A stretch of 62,734 nucleotides of DNA, filler included, from Chiloscyllium plagiosum (lineage: Eukaryota), in NCBI RefSeq assembly GCF_004010195.1. It is 3 parts of one record of this genome, joined end to end, with 100 filler letters (N's around TTAATTAATTAA, not from the genome) between each part and the next. Parts side by side here need not be neighbours in the genome. Positions count along the whole stretch, not along the records: positions 39,815 to 62,734 come from NC_057714.1; 2 more parts are not named here. One strand, written 5' to 3'. Below the pieces are notes generated by a model. The model saw only the letters and a list, made by a program, of their open reading frames with translations, searched no databases and was not told the origin of the DNA. Shown here piece after piece: positions 50,731 to 62,514 of the stretch; the stretch's first letter is position 1, and each line of letters opens with the position of its first letter. The position numbers and the translations under genes were made by a program.

Positions 50731-51259
50731 TCTAACTATTTCAAATCAGCATCTATTTACACCAAACCACTGAAATTCAGCTCTTTGTGTACATTTGAAT
50801 CAAGTGTGGTGATGTCTCTGATTAAGTGGCTGAATCCTGCCATCACTTTGATTATGAGCACCCTTGGGAACGGTAATTGGCCCAATTGGATTTGTGCTTT
50901 TTGTTTATTTTTCATGACATGTTAGGTATCCCTGGCAGGGTTTGTTTTTCCACCCGAATTGCCCTTGAAATGAATGGCTTACTAGGCCATTTACAGAGGG
51001 CAGTTCAGAGTGAACAACATTCCTGCAGTTCTAGATTCTCACAGTTAGCGAGACTGGCTAAATATGGAAAATTTCCATGCCTGAAGGATATTCGTGAGCC
51101 AGATGAGCTCCTACAGCAATAAACAATGATTTTGTAGTTACCATTACCGAAACTAGTTTTCAATTCCAGGTTTATAAAAGTTGAATTTAACTTGTACCAG
51201 CTGCCGTGCTGGCATTTGAACATGTCCTCAGAACATTAGCCTGGGTTTCTGGATTATTG

Positions 51260-51609
51260 TCAAAAAGTATGGCAGTGGAAAAGCACAGCTAGTCAGGCAG
51301 GATCCGAGGAGCAGGAGAGTTGACGTTTCAAGCATAAGCTCTGCGTCAGGAATGTTAGTGGGGGGTGGGGGTGTGGCAGGGGGTGCTGAGAGATAAATGG
51401 GAAGGGTGTGGGCTACGGGGAAGGTATCTAGGAATGCGATTGGTAGATGAAGGTGGAGAGTGATGGTGATAGGTCAGAACTGAGGGTGTAGTGGATAGTT
51501 GGGAAGGAAGATGGACAGGTAGGACAGCTCAAGAGGGCAGTGCTGAGTTGGAGAGATGGGTCTGGGATAAGATCAGGTAAGATAAGGGGAGATCAGGAAA
51601 CTGGTGAAA
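51260..51609 (-). mobile_element. Penelope-like 3' fragment
   Basis: TSD TGGATTATTG (51250-51259, 51610-51619); decayed hammerhead CTGACGC-AGAGC-TTAT-GCTT-GAAACGTC. Confidence 0.8.
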
Positions 51610-51728
51610 TGGATTATTGGTCCAGTGGAAGTACCTTTAATGATATTACATCCTCACAAAAATAGGTCATTACCTTTCACCAGAGAAGATCCACGTTACA
51701 TCAAGCGTGACTCACCAGGAAACCTTTC

Positions 51729-52038
51729 TCATAGAATCCCTACAGTGTGGAAACAGGCCCTTTGACCCAACAAGTCCACACTGGCCCTCCGAAGAGTAAC
51801 CCAGCCAGACCCATTCCCCTACCCTATTATCCTATATTTAATCCTGACTAATGCACCTAACCGACACATCCCTGAACACTCTGGGCAATTTAGCACGACC
51901 AATCCACCTAACGTGCACTTCTTCGGATTGTGGGACGAAACCCGTGCAGACGTGGGGAGAATGTGCAAACTCCACACAGCCAGTTGCCTGAGGCTGGAAT
52001 CAAACCCGGGTGCCTGGCACTGTGAGGTAGCAGTGCTA
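51729..52038 (-). mobile_element. HE1-like SINE
   Basis: Reverse-strand head, V-domain and tail. Confidence 0.88.
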
Positions 52039-52699
52039 ATCACTCAGCCACCGCACCCCTCTTGCCATTTACCACAGAAGGATTTACAAGTTGTTAATAG
52101 AGCTCTTTAACCATGTTATCAATACACATTCCATGGTCATCAAGTCCTGGAGGAGGACTTGAACCTATAGTTTCTGGCTCAGAAATAGGGATACCATCAC
52201 TGTGCAATCCGACTTAGAAATTTTTGTACTTATGCTTCAGTCTAGCTCTCATTACAACTAATTAATTAATGCAGTACCATCTGCCTTTGCTTGGAATCTG
52301 TTCAGTATATTCATTAGTTTGAGCAGAGGAAAAAAAACTCCATTTTCTCCAGTATTTATACTTTGGTATATTATGTAGTTGAGCATAGAGTTCATAGATT
52401 AGAGAAATTGAAAACAGCCGAGTGACAACATGTAAAAAGAACTCATGATTAATATTTGAAGAGGAATGATTTCATTATTGGAATTTAGATTCCCTGTTAT
52501 CATATGGAGCCATCCAGTCTGAGAGCATAGCATCTTACAAACAAGAAAACTGTCCAGATGTCTTCAAGTATGATTCAATAGCACAGATCCCGAATGATTT
52601 AAACGGTCAGTGTATCGGGTTCTCTCTTTATAGTATGAGCTTTTGGGAGTGGGACAGCTAATGACATTTTTAAATTGGCTACTGCTTGGTGAGATCAAC

Positions 52700-52800
52700 C
52701 TATCTAGACATTTTTAATCAACCTGTTCAGATGTGTTGTGGCTTTAACCCAGGTCTTCTGGCTCAAAGGTAGGGACAATACCGCTGTGCCACAAAAGTGC
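52700..52800 (-). mobile_element. Short tRNA-headed repeat; related copies at ~52120-52205 and ~59370-59490
   Basis: Shared ctagacatttttaatcaa...aacccaggtc..ctggc..gtaggga; reverse strand has A/B-box-like tggcacagcgg / ctgggtt. Confidence 0.55.
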
Positions 52801-53258
52801 TTAAAGATCAGCCGTTATATTTGAATATGCAGACTAATCAGCTCTGTTCAAGTAGACTGTTATAATTAGTGTCAAATACAAAATTGACTTTGAGGTAGAT
52901 AAGTATTGGTTACTCTAGTTGTTGCTTAGTGAAACTGCTTCCTCAGGCATTTGAATAAGCTGAGATGAGAAACTGAATTATCATGGTTCAATGATAATGT
53001 TTTTCTTAAATGTGTCTTCAGAATTTTAAGATTCTTACAACAACAGTGTATTTATGTAATATTTTAAAGCAGTATAAAAGTCCCAAATCTCTTCATGGAA
53101 AAATGACCAAACAGAATATAAAGGGCGTTAGGACGGATATGCATGTAACATGTTTTACTATGTTACAGACACTATATAAATGTAAATTATTGTTGTAGGT
53201 CTGGAAGAGAGAACTGATGCATGTAGCCCAGGAGATTTGTAAACTGTCTGTTTGATCT

Positions 53259-53562
53259 TAGAATCATAGAATCCCTACAGTGCAGAAAGAGGCCATTTGG
53301 TCCATTGAGTCCCCACCAACCCCTTGAAGAACATCCCAGCCCCCTACCCTATTCCTGCTAATCTACCAAGCCCATACATCACTGGACACTATGGATAATT
53401 TAGCATGGCCTATCCACCCAACCTGCACATCTTTGGACTGGGAGGAAACCTACAAATTTGAATAAGCAGACTCCACATAGACAGTCGCCCGAAGCTGAAA
53501 TTGAACCCGGGTCCCTGATGCTGTGAGGCATCAGTGTTAATCACTGAGCCACCATGCCACCC
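53259..53562 (-). mobile_element. HE1-like SINE
   Basis: Reverse-strand head and tail. Confidence 0.85.
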
Positions 53563-55825
53563 TACTACGTTATTTAAAGCCTGAGATGTTCACTTTGCCA
53601 AGTTATTATTTAAGAACATAAGAAATATGAGAAAGAGTAGGCCACATGATCCAGTGAACGTGATCTGGTATGCAGTGTGAACATGGGTGACACTAATCAA
53701 CTTCACTACTCAGTGCTTAGAATGCTTGAGTTCATTGGGGGAGACATTTCCAACATTTTATACCCTACCAGGGAAGAATTGCCTCCTCATTTCAATCTAA
53801 AGCATTTGACCTTTTCTCTGGATTCTGCAGCTTGGAGAATCAGCCTCTCAGCTATCATGTGAAATATTTCAATTAAATATCCAAAATTCAAATCATATAA
53901 CAATTCAGAATGGGTTTCAGACTCCTGTTTTCTCTGGACTTTATCCCACATGATCAGAGCTGATGAATAAGTCTGTTAATCAGAGATGTTATGAGGCATG
54001 TTATAGCATTGTAATTTATCAACCGTGTAATAACTTAATTGTTTATCCTGAAATACAATAGGATACTAATCTGTGGGGATCAATGGCTGTTAGGAGTAGT
54101 CCTCTGTGCTGGATGTGGGGAAAATTGTCCGGTAACATCCCAAGCTGGAGTACCATTAACAGTTTATAAAATCATTTGTCGTGCCAAATAACTTTTTGAA
54201 TATAGGCAGCTTATGTAAAATCTGGCTACCCGGAAACTGGAGCTGTCAGAAATCTGGACAGTTTTGGTCTCAATTCTAATTCAGTAAAAGTATTTTTTTA
54301 AAATTCACTTGAATAGTTCAATGAGGTGCTGTGTTTGGATTCAGACTCATTATTCAGTTTGTGCACTGTTCTATCCTGTGCTGTAAGCCAGTTCTTTAAA
54401 GCCAGTTGACCAGAGTACAGGAGATTAGCATGTTCCTGTGAGGATGAAAGATAAGGATGTCAAGATCTCAGATCCATGGGTGATGAGAGATGTTGTAAGT
54501 TTAGTTATAAACAAAAAGGAGACAATGTAAGATTTAGGAAGGAGAAATCAAACAAGGTCCTTGAGCAGTATAAAGGAAGCAGTGAAAAGGAATTAGGTGG
54601 GTTTAAAGGGGCCATGTTCTTAGCTAGTAGGATTAAGGAGAATCTCAAGGCATTTTATACAAATATAAGGAGCAAGAAGCTAACTAGGGAAATCGTAAGT
54701 CCGCTCAAGGACAAAAGATGGAATTTATGCGTGGAACCAGGGAAAGTGGGTGAGGTCTTTGATGAGTACTTTGCATTGGTATTCATCAAGGAGAAAGACA
54801 TGGATGATGGTACGTTTAGAGAGGTGTTAGTCGGTACTCTAAGGTATGTCAATATGAAGAAGGAAGTGGTATTGGGTGTCTTGAAAAACATTACGTTAGG
54901 GCCTGATTGGATCTATCTACTGAGGGAGGCAAAGGAGGAAATTGCTGGGGCCTTGAAAGATCTTTGTATCCAGTTTAGCCATGGACAAGGTCCCCAAAGA
55001 CTAGACAATAGATACCAAGTTCCTTTGCTCAAGAAAGCAACAGGGATAATCTGACTGGTTTATAGACTGGTAAGCCTTACATGAGTGGTAGGGAAATCAT
55101 TGGAGAAGATTCTTAGGAACAAATTTACTTGGATTGGAGAAGAATCAACTTAATCGGGATAATCAGCATTGCCTTTTGCAGGCAAAGTCTTGTCTCACAA
55201 ACTTGATGAAGTTTTTTGAGGAAGTGACGAAGACCGAGGATGAGGCACTGTAAATTGACTATGTAGACTTTACTAGAGCATTTGACAAGGTTCTTCGTAG
55301 TGGGCTGGTCCAGAAGATCAAAGCACATGGAATCTAAATTGGCTTGGCCAGAAAAGATAGAGGGTAGGTGTGAAGGGATGTTTTTCTGACTGGAGGGCTA
55401 TGATCATTGGTGTTCTACAAGGATCACTGCTGGATTCCCTGTCGTTTGTAATGTATCTAAATGATTTGCACGAAGATGTAAGTGGTCTGATTAGTAAGTT
55501 TCCAGATGAGATGAAAATTGGTGAGTTGTGGATAGTTCGGAAGGATATCAAAGGACATGGATCAGCTAGAAAGTCAGGCAGAGAAATGGCAAATGGAGTT
55601 TAATTCTGACAAGTCCAAGTTGGTGCATTTTGGGATGTCAAATGCAAGAGGAAAGTAGACTGTAAATGGTTGGACCTCTGGAAGCATTGATAGACAGAGA
55701 AATCATCAGGTTCAATTCCATAGTTCCCTGAAAGTGGCAACACAAGTGGATAAGGTGGTAAATAAGGCATACGGCATGCTTGCCTTCATTGGTCAGGCCA
55801 TTGAATACAAAAGTTGGCAAGTCAT

Positions 55826-57064
55826 ACTGATTAAGGATAGTCAACATGGCTTTGTGCATGGGAAATCATGTCCCACAAACTTGATTGAGTTTTTTGAATA
55901 AGTAACAAACTAGGATTGATGAGGGCAGAGAGGTAGACTTGATCTATATGGACTTCAGTAAGGCGTTCAACAAGGTTCCTCATGGGAGACTGGTGAGCAA
56001 GGTTAGATCTAATGGAATACAGGGAGAACTAGCCATTTAGATACAAAACTGGCTCAAAGGTAGAAGTCAGAGGGTGTGGTGGAGGGTTGTTTTTCAGATT
56101 GGCGGCCTGTGACAAGGATCGGATCCACTACTTTTCATTTATATAAATTATTTGGATGTGAGCATAAGAGGTACAGTTAGTAAGTTTGCAGATGACACCA
56201 AAATTGGAGGTGTAGTGGACAGCGAAGAAGGTTGCCTCAGATTACAACAGGATCTTGATCAGATGGGCCAATGAGCTGAGGAGTGGCAGGTGGAGTTTAA
56301 TTTAGATAAATGTGAGGTGTTGCATTTTGGGAAAGCAAATCTTAGCAGGACTTTTACACCTTAATGGTAAGGTCTGAGGGAGAATTGCTGAACAAAGAGA
56401 CCCTTCATAGCTCCTTGAAAGTGGAGTCGCAGGTAGATAGGATTGTGAAGAAGGCGTTTGGTATGCTTTCTTTTCTTAGTCAGAGTATTGAGTACAAGAG
56501 TTGGGAGGTCATGTTGCAGCTGTACAGGACATTGGTTAGGCCACTGTTAGAATATTGTGTGCAATTCTGCTTTCCTTCCTATTGGAAGGATGTTGTGAAA
56601 CTTGAAAGGGTTCAGAAAAGATTTATAAGGATGTTGCCAGGATTGGAGGATTTGGGGCTGTTTTCCCTGGAGTGTCGGAGGCTGAGGGGTGACCTTCTAG
56701 AGGTTTACAAAATCATGAGGGGCATGGATAAGACAAATAGACAAAGTGTCTTCCCTGGGGTGGGGGAGTCCAGAACTAGAGGGCATAGGTTTAGGGTGAG
56801 AGGGAAAAGATATAAAAAAGACCTAAGGGGAAACGTTTTCACACAGTGGATGGTGCATGTGTGGAATGGATTGCCAGAGGAAGTGGTTGAGGCTAGTACA
56901 ATTGCAACATTTAAAAGGCATTTGGATGTGTATATGAATAGGAAGGGTTTGGAGGGATGTGGGCTGGGAGCTAGCAGGTGGGACTAGATTGGGTTGGGAT
57001 ATCTAGTTGGCATGGACGGGTTGGACCGAAGGGTCTGTTTCCCTGCTGTACATCTCTATGACGC
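55826..57064 (+). mobile_element. Younger CR1/HER1-like LINE nested in the older CR1
   Basis: QHGFVHGKSC, KFADDTK, LVRPLLEYCVQF, tail ctctatgacgctatg. Confidence 0.9.
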
Positions 57065-57120
57065 TATGCTACAGGTATATGAGACTTTGATCAGGCCACA
57101 TTTGGAGTATAGTAGGCAGT

Positions 57121-57437
57121 TCACCACCCGGCGCCTGGAGGAAGAATGCCTCATCTTCCGCCTCGGAACACTTCAACCCCATGGCATCAATGTGGATTCC
57201 ACCAGTTTCCTCATTTACCCCTCCCCCACCTCACCCCAGCTCCCTGCCTACCTTTCCACCTATCCTCTCTGACCTATCATCTTCATCCCCACCCCCATTG
57301 TACTCTATGCTACTTACTCTCTCTCTTCCCCCCCCCCCCCCCCCATCCTGCAATTTATCTCTCCACTCTGCAGGCACCTGCCTGTATTCCTGATGAAGGG
57401 CTTTTGCCCGAAACGTCGATTTTCCATTCTAATCTAG
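57121..57437 (+). mobile_element. Penelope-like 3' fragment, sense to OXSM
   Basis: RRLEEECLIFRLGTLQPHGINVD ORF end, C-rich tract, then a hammerhead. Confidence 0.85.
57386..57421 (+). ncRNA. Minimal type I hammerhead ribozyme motif in the OXSM intron
   Basis: AUUC-CUGAUGA-AGGGC-UUUU-GCCC-GAAACGUC-GAUU; core intact. Confidence 0.8.
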
Positions 57438-57567
57438 GTTCTGGTCACCATACTATTGGAAGGATGTGGAGGCTTTGGACAGGGTGCAGAAGATGTTTAC
57501 TGGGACATTGACTGGATTGGAGTGTATGAACTATAAGGAGAGGTTGGGCAAACTTGGATTGTTTTCA

Positions 57568-58825
57568 ATTGTGAGTGTGGTGCTGGAAAGGCACAGCAGG
57601 TCAGGCAGCATCTGAGGAGCAGGAGACGCGACATTTCTGGCAGAAATCCTTTATCAGGAATGAGGCTGTGAGCCGAGGTGGTGGCGAGATAAATGGGAGA
57701 CGGGGGTGTGGCTGGGGGAAAAGTAGCTGAGAGTGCAAAAGGTGGATGAAGGTGGGGCTGATGGTGATAAGTCAGAGGAGAGGGTGGAGTGGATAGGTGG
57801 AAAGGAAGATGGATGAATAGGACAGGTCATGAGGGTGGTGCTGAGTTGGTAGCTTGGATCTGTGATAAGGTGGGGAGAGGGGAAATGAGGAAACTGGTGA
57901 AATCCACTTTGCTACCATGGGGTTGGAGGATCATGAGGCGGAAGATAAGGCGTTCTTCCTTCAGCCGTCGGATGGTTACAGATTGGTGATGGAGGAGGCC
58001 CAGGACCTGCATGTCCTTGGTAGAGTGGGAGGGGAAGTTGAAGTGTTTGGCCACAGGGTGGTGGGGTTGGTTGGTGTTGGTGTCCTAAGGATGTCCTCTG
58101 AAGCACTCTGTGAGTAGGTGACCTGTCTCCCCAATGTAGAGGAGACTGCATCAGGAGCAAAGGATACAGTAAATGATGTGTAGAAGTGCAGGTGAAGGTT
58201 TGCTGGATGTGGAAGACTCCTTTGGGACCTTGGACAGAGATGAGGGGATCGATGTGGGCGCAGGTTTTGCAATTCCTGTAGTTCGGGGGAAAGTGCTGAG
58301 AGGAGAGGGTAGGTTGTTGGGGGGCATACACCTGACAAGGGAGTTGCGGAGGGAATGGTCTTTCCAAAAAGAGGATGGGAGGTGGAGGGAAATATATCCT
58401 TGGTGGTGGGGTCCGTTTGTAGGTGGCGGAAATGGTGGAGAATGATGCGATATATATGGATGTTGGTGGAGTGGAAGGTGAGGATTGGGGGATTCTGTCC
58501 TTGTTGCGGTTGGAGGGGTGCGGGATGTGGATGAGTTGCGCTGGAGGGCATCATAACCACATGGGAGAGGAAATTGCAGTCTTTAAAGAAGGAGGCCATC
58601 CGGTGTGTTCTGTGGTGGAAGTGGTCCTTCTGGGAGCTGATGTGGCGGAGGCGGAGGAACTGGGAATAAGGGATAGAATTTTTGCAGGAGGCAGGATGGG
58701 AGGAGGTGTAGTCTGGGTAGCTGTGGAAGCCTGTGGGTTTGTAGAAGATGTCAATGTTGAGTCAGTCCCCATTGATGGAGATGGAGAGGTCCAGGAAGGG
58801 GAGGGAGGTGTGTAGAAGATGTCAC
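57568..58825 (-). mobile_element. Penelope-like element (RT C-terminus, GIY-YIG endonuclease, pseudo-LTR)
   Basis: FLDFSISING, IFYKPTGFHSY..YTSSHP, LLYIGETG, VAKHFNFPSHS, ERLIFRL..LQPHG. TSD TTGTTTTCA (57559-57567, 58826-58834). Confidence 0.9.
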
Positions 58826-59722
58826 TTGTTTTCACTAGAGCGTCAGAGGCTGACTTGATAGATGTTTATAAATTGAGAAGAGTGAATAGGGTAGATAGTC
58901 AGAGTTTCTTTCCCAGGATAGAAATGTCAACCACTAAGGGGCATAGGTTTAAGGTGGGGTCAAGTTAAGTTTACAGGAGATGTGCAAAGGAAGTAATTTT
59001 TACACACTTGGTAATAGGTACCCGGAATATGCTGCTGGGGATTTAGTTGAAGCAGATATGATAGCAAAGTTTAAGGGCATTTAGACAGATACAAGAACAT
59101 GTAGAGAATAGAGGGATGTGGACTATGAGCAAGTAGATGGGATTAGTGGGCCAAAGGGCCTTTTCCTGTGTTGTACTGTCTATGTTCTTAACTCTTGACC
59201 CAATGTGCCTTGAACTGCACCACCCGCAACTCAATCACCCAAATGGAAATCTGAAAATATCTAAAATCTGGGAAGGCCTCGATCCTGAGGGTGCCAGATT
59301 TGAGGTGACCTACCTGTACAGTTTTAAGATATTAAAGTATAATATATTAGCTTGTCCCATAATTTGTTACCTAGATATTTTTAATCAATCTGTTCAGAGA
59401 TCATCTAACACATCTCTGGAACAGATGGGTCTTGAACCCAGGTCTCCTGGCCGAGAGGTAAGGATATTACCACTGCATCACAAGAGCCCTAAGAATTTGT
59501 AACCTACATTAAACTGTTTAATGATAAATTAAAAGTATACCTATTGGGAAAATATAGCAGGTCAAGCATTTTGTAGAGAAACAAAACAGAGTAGCTTTCC
59601 AATAATGAGTCTTAATTTAGTGCATACAATTACATGCATTTCCTTGTAGGTTAATATTTTTAGTTTAACCTTATTTGAGGCTTGTGTGAATATAATTTGG
59701 TATTAACTCTGACTTTCCTCAG

Positions 59723-60125
59723 ATGTATGTCAGCCGCAATGAATGATGCTGGAATAACACCAGAGGATGTTACATACATCAATGCCCATGCCACCTCCAC
59801 ACCACTAGGGGACGCAGCTGAAAACCAAGCCATCAAGAGATTGTTTAAAGAGCATTCACGTTCCCTTGCTGTGTCTTCCACTAAAGGAGCCACTGGTCAT
59901 CTCCTAGGGGCAGCTGGAGCAATAGAAACTGCATTTACAGCCCTGGCCTGCTTTCATGGGATCGTTCCTCCAACATTGAATCTTGATAAGACTGACCCTG
60001 ATTTTGATTTGAATTATGTTCCTATAACAGCCCAAGAATGGATAACTTCAAAAAGGCGTATTGCACTGACTAATTCATTTGGATTTGGAGGCACTAATGC
60101 AACACTCTGCTTGGGGAGCGTCTAA
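59723..60125 (+). CDS. OXSM: Mitochondrial 3-oxoacyl-ACP synthase, last coding exon
   Basis: Acceptor gactttcctcAG (59721-59722). The phase-2 join AG+A = Arg gives ...GDGASR|CMSAAM. Catalytic His residues in YINAHATST and [12 protein letters not shown], then NSFGFGGTN and TAA at 60123-60125. Spliced CDS is 983+403 = 1386 nt (461 aa). Confidence 0.97.
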
Positions 60126-60566
60126 TCAAGTTTTATATTAACAAATAATGGAAAGCTGTATTGTCTGGCTGTACATTTCAGAAAGTTCGGAACATCTGAA
60201 AAAGCCGTGAAACGTTGGTCCAGGAATATCTATCACTGGGACTCCATCATCATAACAAGGACATAGAGTCAAATGTTAACAACAATGAGTGACAATGCTA
60301 TTCTGGATAATTTCGTTCATTTTTTTCCAATTGGCAACTGTAGACATCTTCATCCATGAATCAAAAGAACAAAAATGGAGTTCCATGCTTTGTGTTTATT
60401 ATTATGGCACTTTTGTTAAACCCAGTGAGTGAAATTTGTAACTTAAACATGTTTTGCTGCTAAAGCTTGAAAAAATACATTACAAAATATTTCAATTTGA
60501 ATGTTATAAAAAGTGCTATAGAATTAAACTACCTTTGATACAGCATGTTCCAGTCTGAGCTGTCTC

Positions 60567-60572
60567 AATAAA
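60567..60572 (+). promoter_or_regulatory. Probable OXSM polyadenylation signal
   Basis: AATAAA about 440 nt after the stop codon, in an AT-rich 3'UTR, followed by a T/GT-rich tract (ctttgttgtt). Confidence 0.6.
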
Positions 60573-61117
60573 ATTTCAAAGCCTTTGTTGTTCACAATCT
60601 ACCTTCCATGTCAGACCCATAGCCCCGGAGGTGTTCTACAGCTTCCAGACCCTCAGTGTACTATGGTGAAAGCCCTAGACAGAATTTTTGCAGTCACTGT
60701 CCCGCGCCTGAACCATGAAATGTGTGAGTCTGCAACCCTTTGTTGAGGACAATACATTGGAAGACAAGCAAGTCTTGGGCAGAACACAAATTATGTTTGG
60801 ACAGTTTGATGGATCTCCAGGCACAGTTATGCGTATTTTGTGTGTCCTAGGAACAGCCAGTTCAGCGTTCACCCTTGCCTCAATTTATCTTGGCTCCCAA
60901 GGCCTGTTTGAACTGGACTCAGATGGTTGTCAGTCAGCAGAAAATGGTAATATCTTCCAGATACAGAGACTTTGACCTGCATGCCTCTACTGCCTGGATA
61001 CATTACCCTTTTGATTGACTCGATAAAAGGTACTGTGGAGCATATGAACAGGACAGTGAATGTGGGCAACCCTGCCTGACTCCAGATTTGATTAGACTGT
61101 TTTCTGATATACACTAA

Positions 61118-62258
61118 ATAGAGTCATAAAGATGTACTGCATGGAAACAGACCCTACAGTCCAACCTGTCCAGGCTGACCAGATACCCCAACCCAATCTA
61201 GTCCCACCTGACAGCATCCGGCCCATATCCCTCCAAACCCTTCCTATTCACATACCCATCCAAATGCCTCTTAAATGTTGTAATTGTACCAGTCTCCACC
61301 ACATCCTCTGGCAGCTCATTCCATACACGTACCACCCTCTGTGTGAAAAAGTTGCCCCTTAGGTCTCTTTTTATATCTTTCCCCTCTCACCCTAAACCTA
61401 TGCCTTCTAGTTCTGAACTCCCCAACACCAGGGAAAAGACTTTGTCTATTTATCCTATCCATGCCCCTCATAATTTTGTAAACCTCTATAAGATCACCCC
61501 TCAGCCTCCGACGCTCCAGGGAAAACAGCCCCAGTCTGTTCAGCCTCTCCCTGGAGCTCAAATCCTTCAACCCTGGCAACATCCTTGTAAATCTTTTCTG
61601 AACCCTTTCAAGTTTCACAACATCTTTCCGATAGAAAGGAGACCAGAATTGCACGCAATATTCCAACAGTGGCCTAACCAATGTCCTGTACAGCCGCAAC
61701 ATGACCTCCCAACCCCTGTACTCAATATTCTGTCCAATAAAGGAAAGCACACCAAATGCCGCCTTCACTATCCTATCACCATGCGACTCCAATTTCAAGG
61801 ATCTATGAACCTGCACTCCAAGGTCTCTTTGTTCAGCAACACTCCCTATGACCTTACCATTAAGTGCTGCTAAGATTTGCTTACCCAAAATGCAGCACCT
61901 CTCATTTATCTGAATTAAACTCCATCTGCCACTTCTCAGCCCATTGGCCCATCTGGTTCAGATCCTGTTGTAATCTGAGGTAACCCTCTTCGCTGTCCAC
62001 TACACCTCCAATTTTGGTGTCATCTGCAAACTTACTAACTGTACCTCTTGTGCTCGCATCCAAATCATTTATGTAAATGACAAAAAGTAGAGGACCCAGC
62101 ACCGATCCTTGTGGCACTCCACTGGTCACAGGCCTCCAGTCTGAAAAACAACCCTCCACCATCACCTTCTGTCTTCTACCTTTGAGCCAGTTCTGTATCC
62201 AAATGTCTAGTTCTCCCTGTATTCCATGAGATCTAACCTTGCTAACCAGTCTCCCATG
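61118..62258 (-). mobile_element. Young CR1/HER1-like LINE, 5'-truncated
   Basis: [32 protein letters not shown]; tail ctttatgactctat. Confidence 0.92.
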
Positions 62259-62279
62259 GGTAATTGAAGCTATGCCTTT

Positions 62280-62512
62280 GATACCTGTGCAGAGCAGTTG
62301 GATCTAAAAATGAGGTCCCTCTTCAAACTAAATCTTAAAGTACATCTGTTATGTAGATGTGGGAGATTCTATAAAAAGCCTTACCTTGGTCCAAGTTCAT
62401 GAGCCAGGTGTCCAAACCACTGGCCCTTACAAAGCTGCAGACTGTCAGAAATCTGCCTGTCTGGTACAGTGGGTCAGGGTCATTCATCTGTTCCAGAGTA
62501 GGCATGACCCAA
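62280..62512 (-). mobile_element. Tx1/L1-type RT fragment
   Basis: LDQGKAFYRISHIY (canonical LDQEKAFDRISH). Confidence 0.65.
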
Positions 62513-62514
62513 CT

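Larger units (their letters stand above)
54430..59190 (+). mobile_element. Older CR1 LINE split by three nested insertions
   Basis: Collinear ORF2 pieces 54430-55825, 57065-57120, 57438-57567 and 58826-59190 (RIKENLKAFY, IGVLQGSLL, LIRPHLEY; tail tctatgttct). Confidence 0.85.

Noticed and set aside
44580..60125. Bacterial fabF by horizontal transfer or contamination
   Set aside because: The gene has a spliceosomal intron, a presequence-like N-terminus and vertebrate repeat context, so it is ordinary nuclear OXSM.
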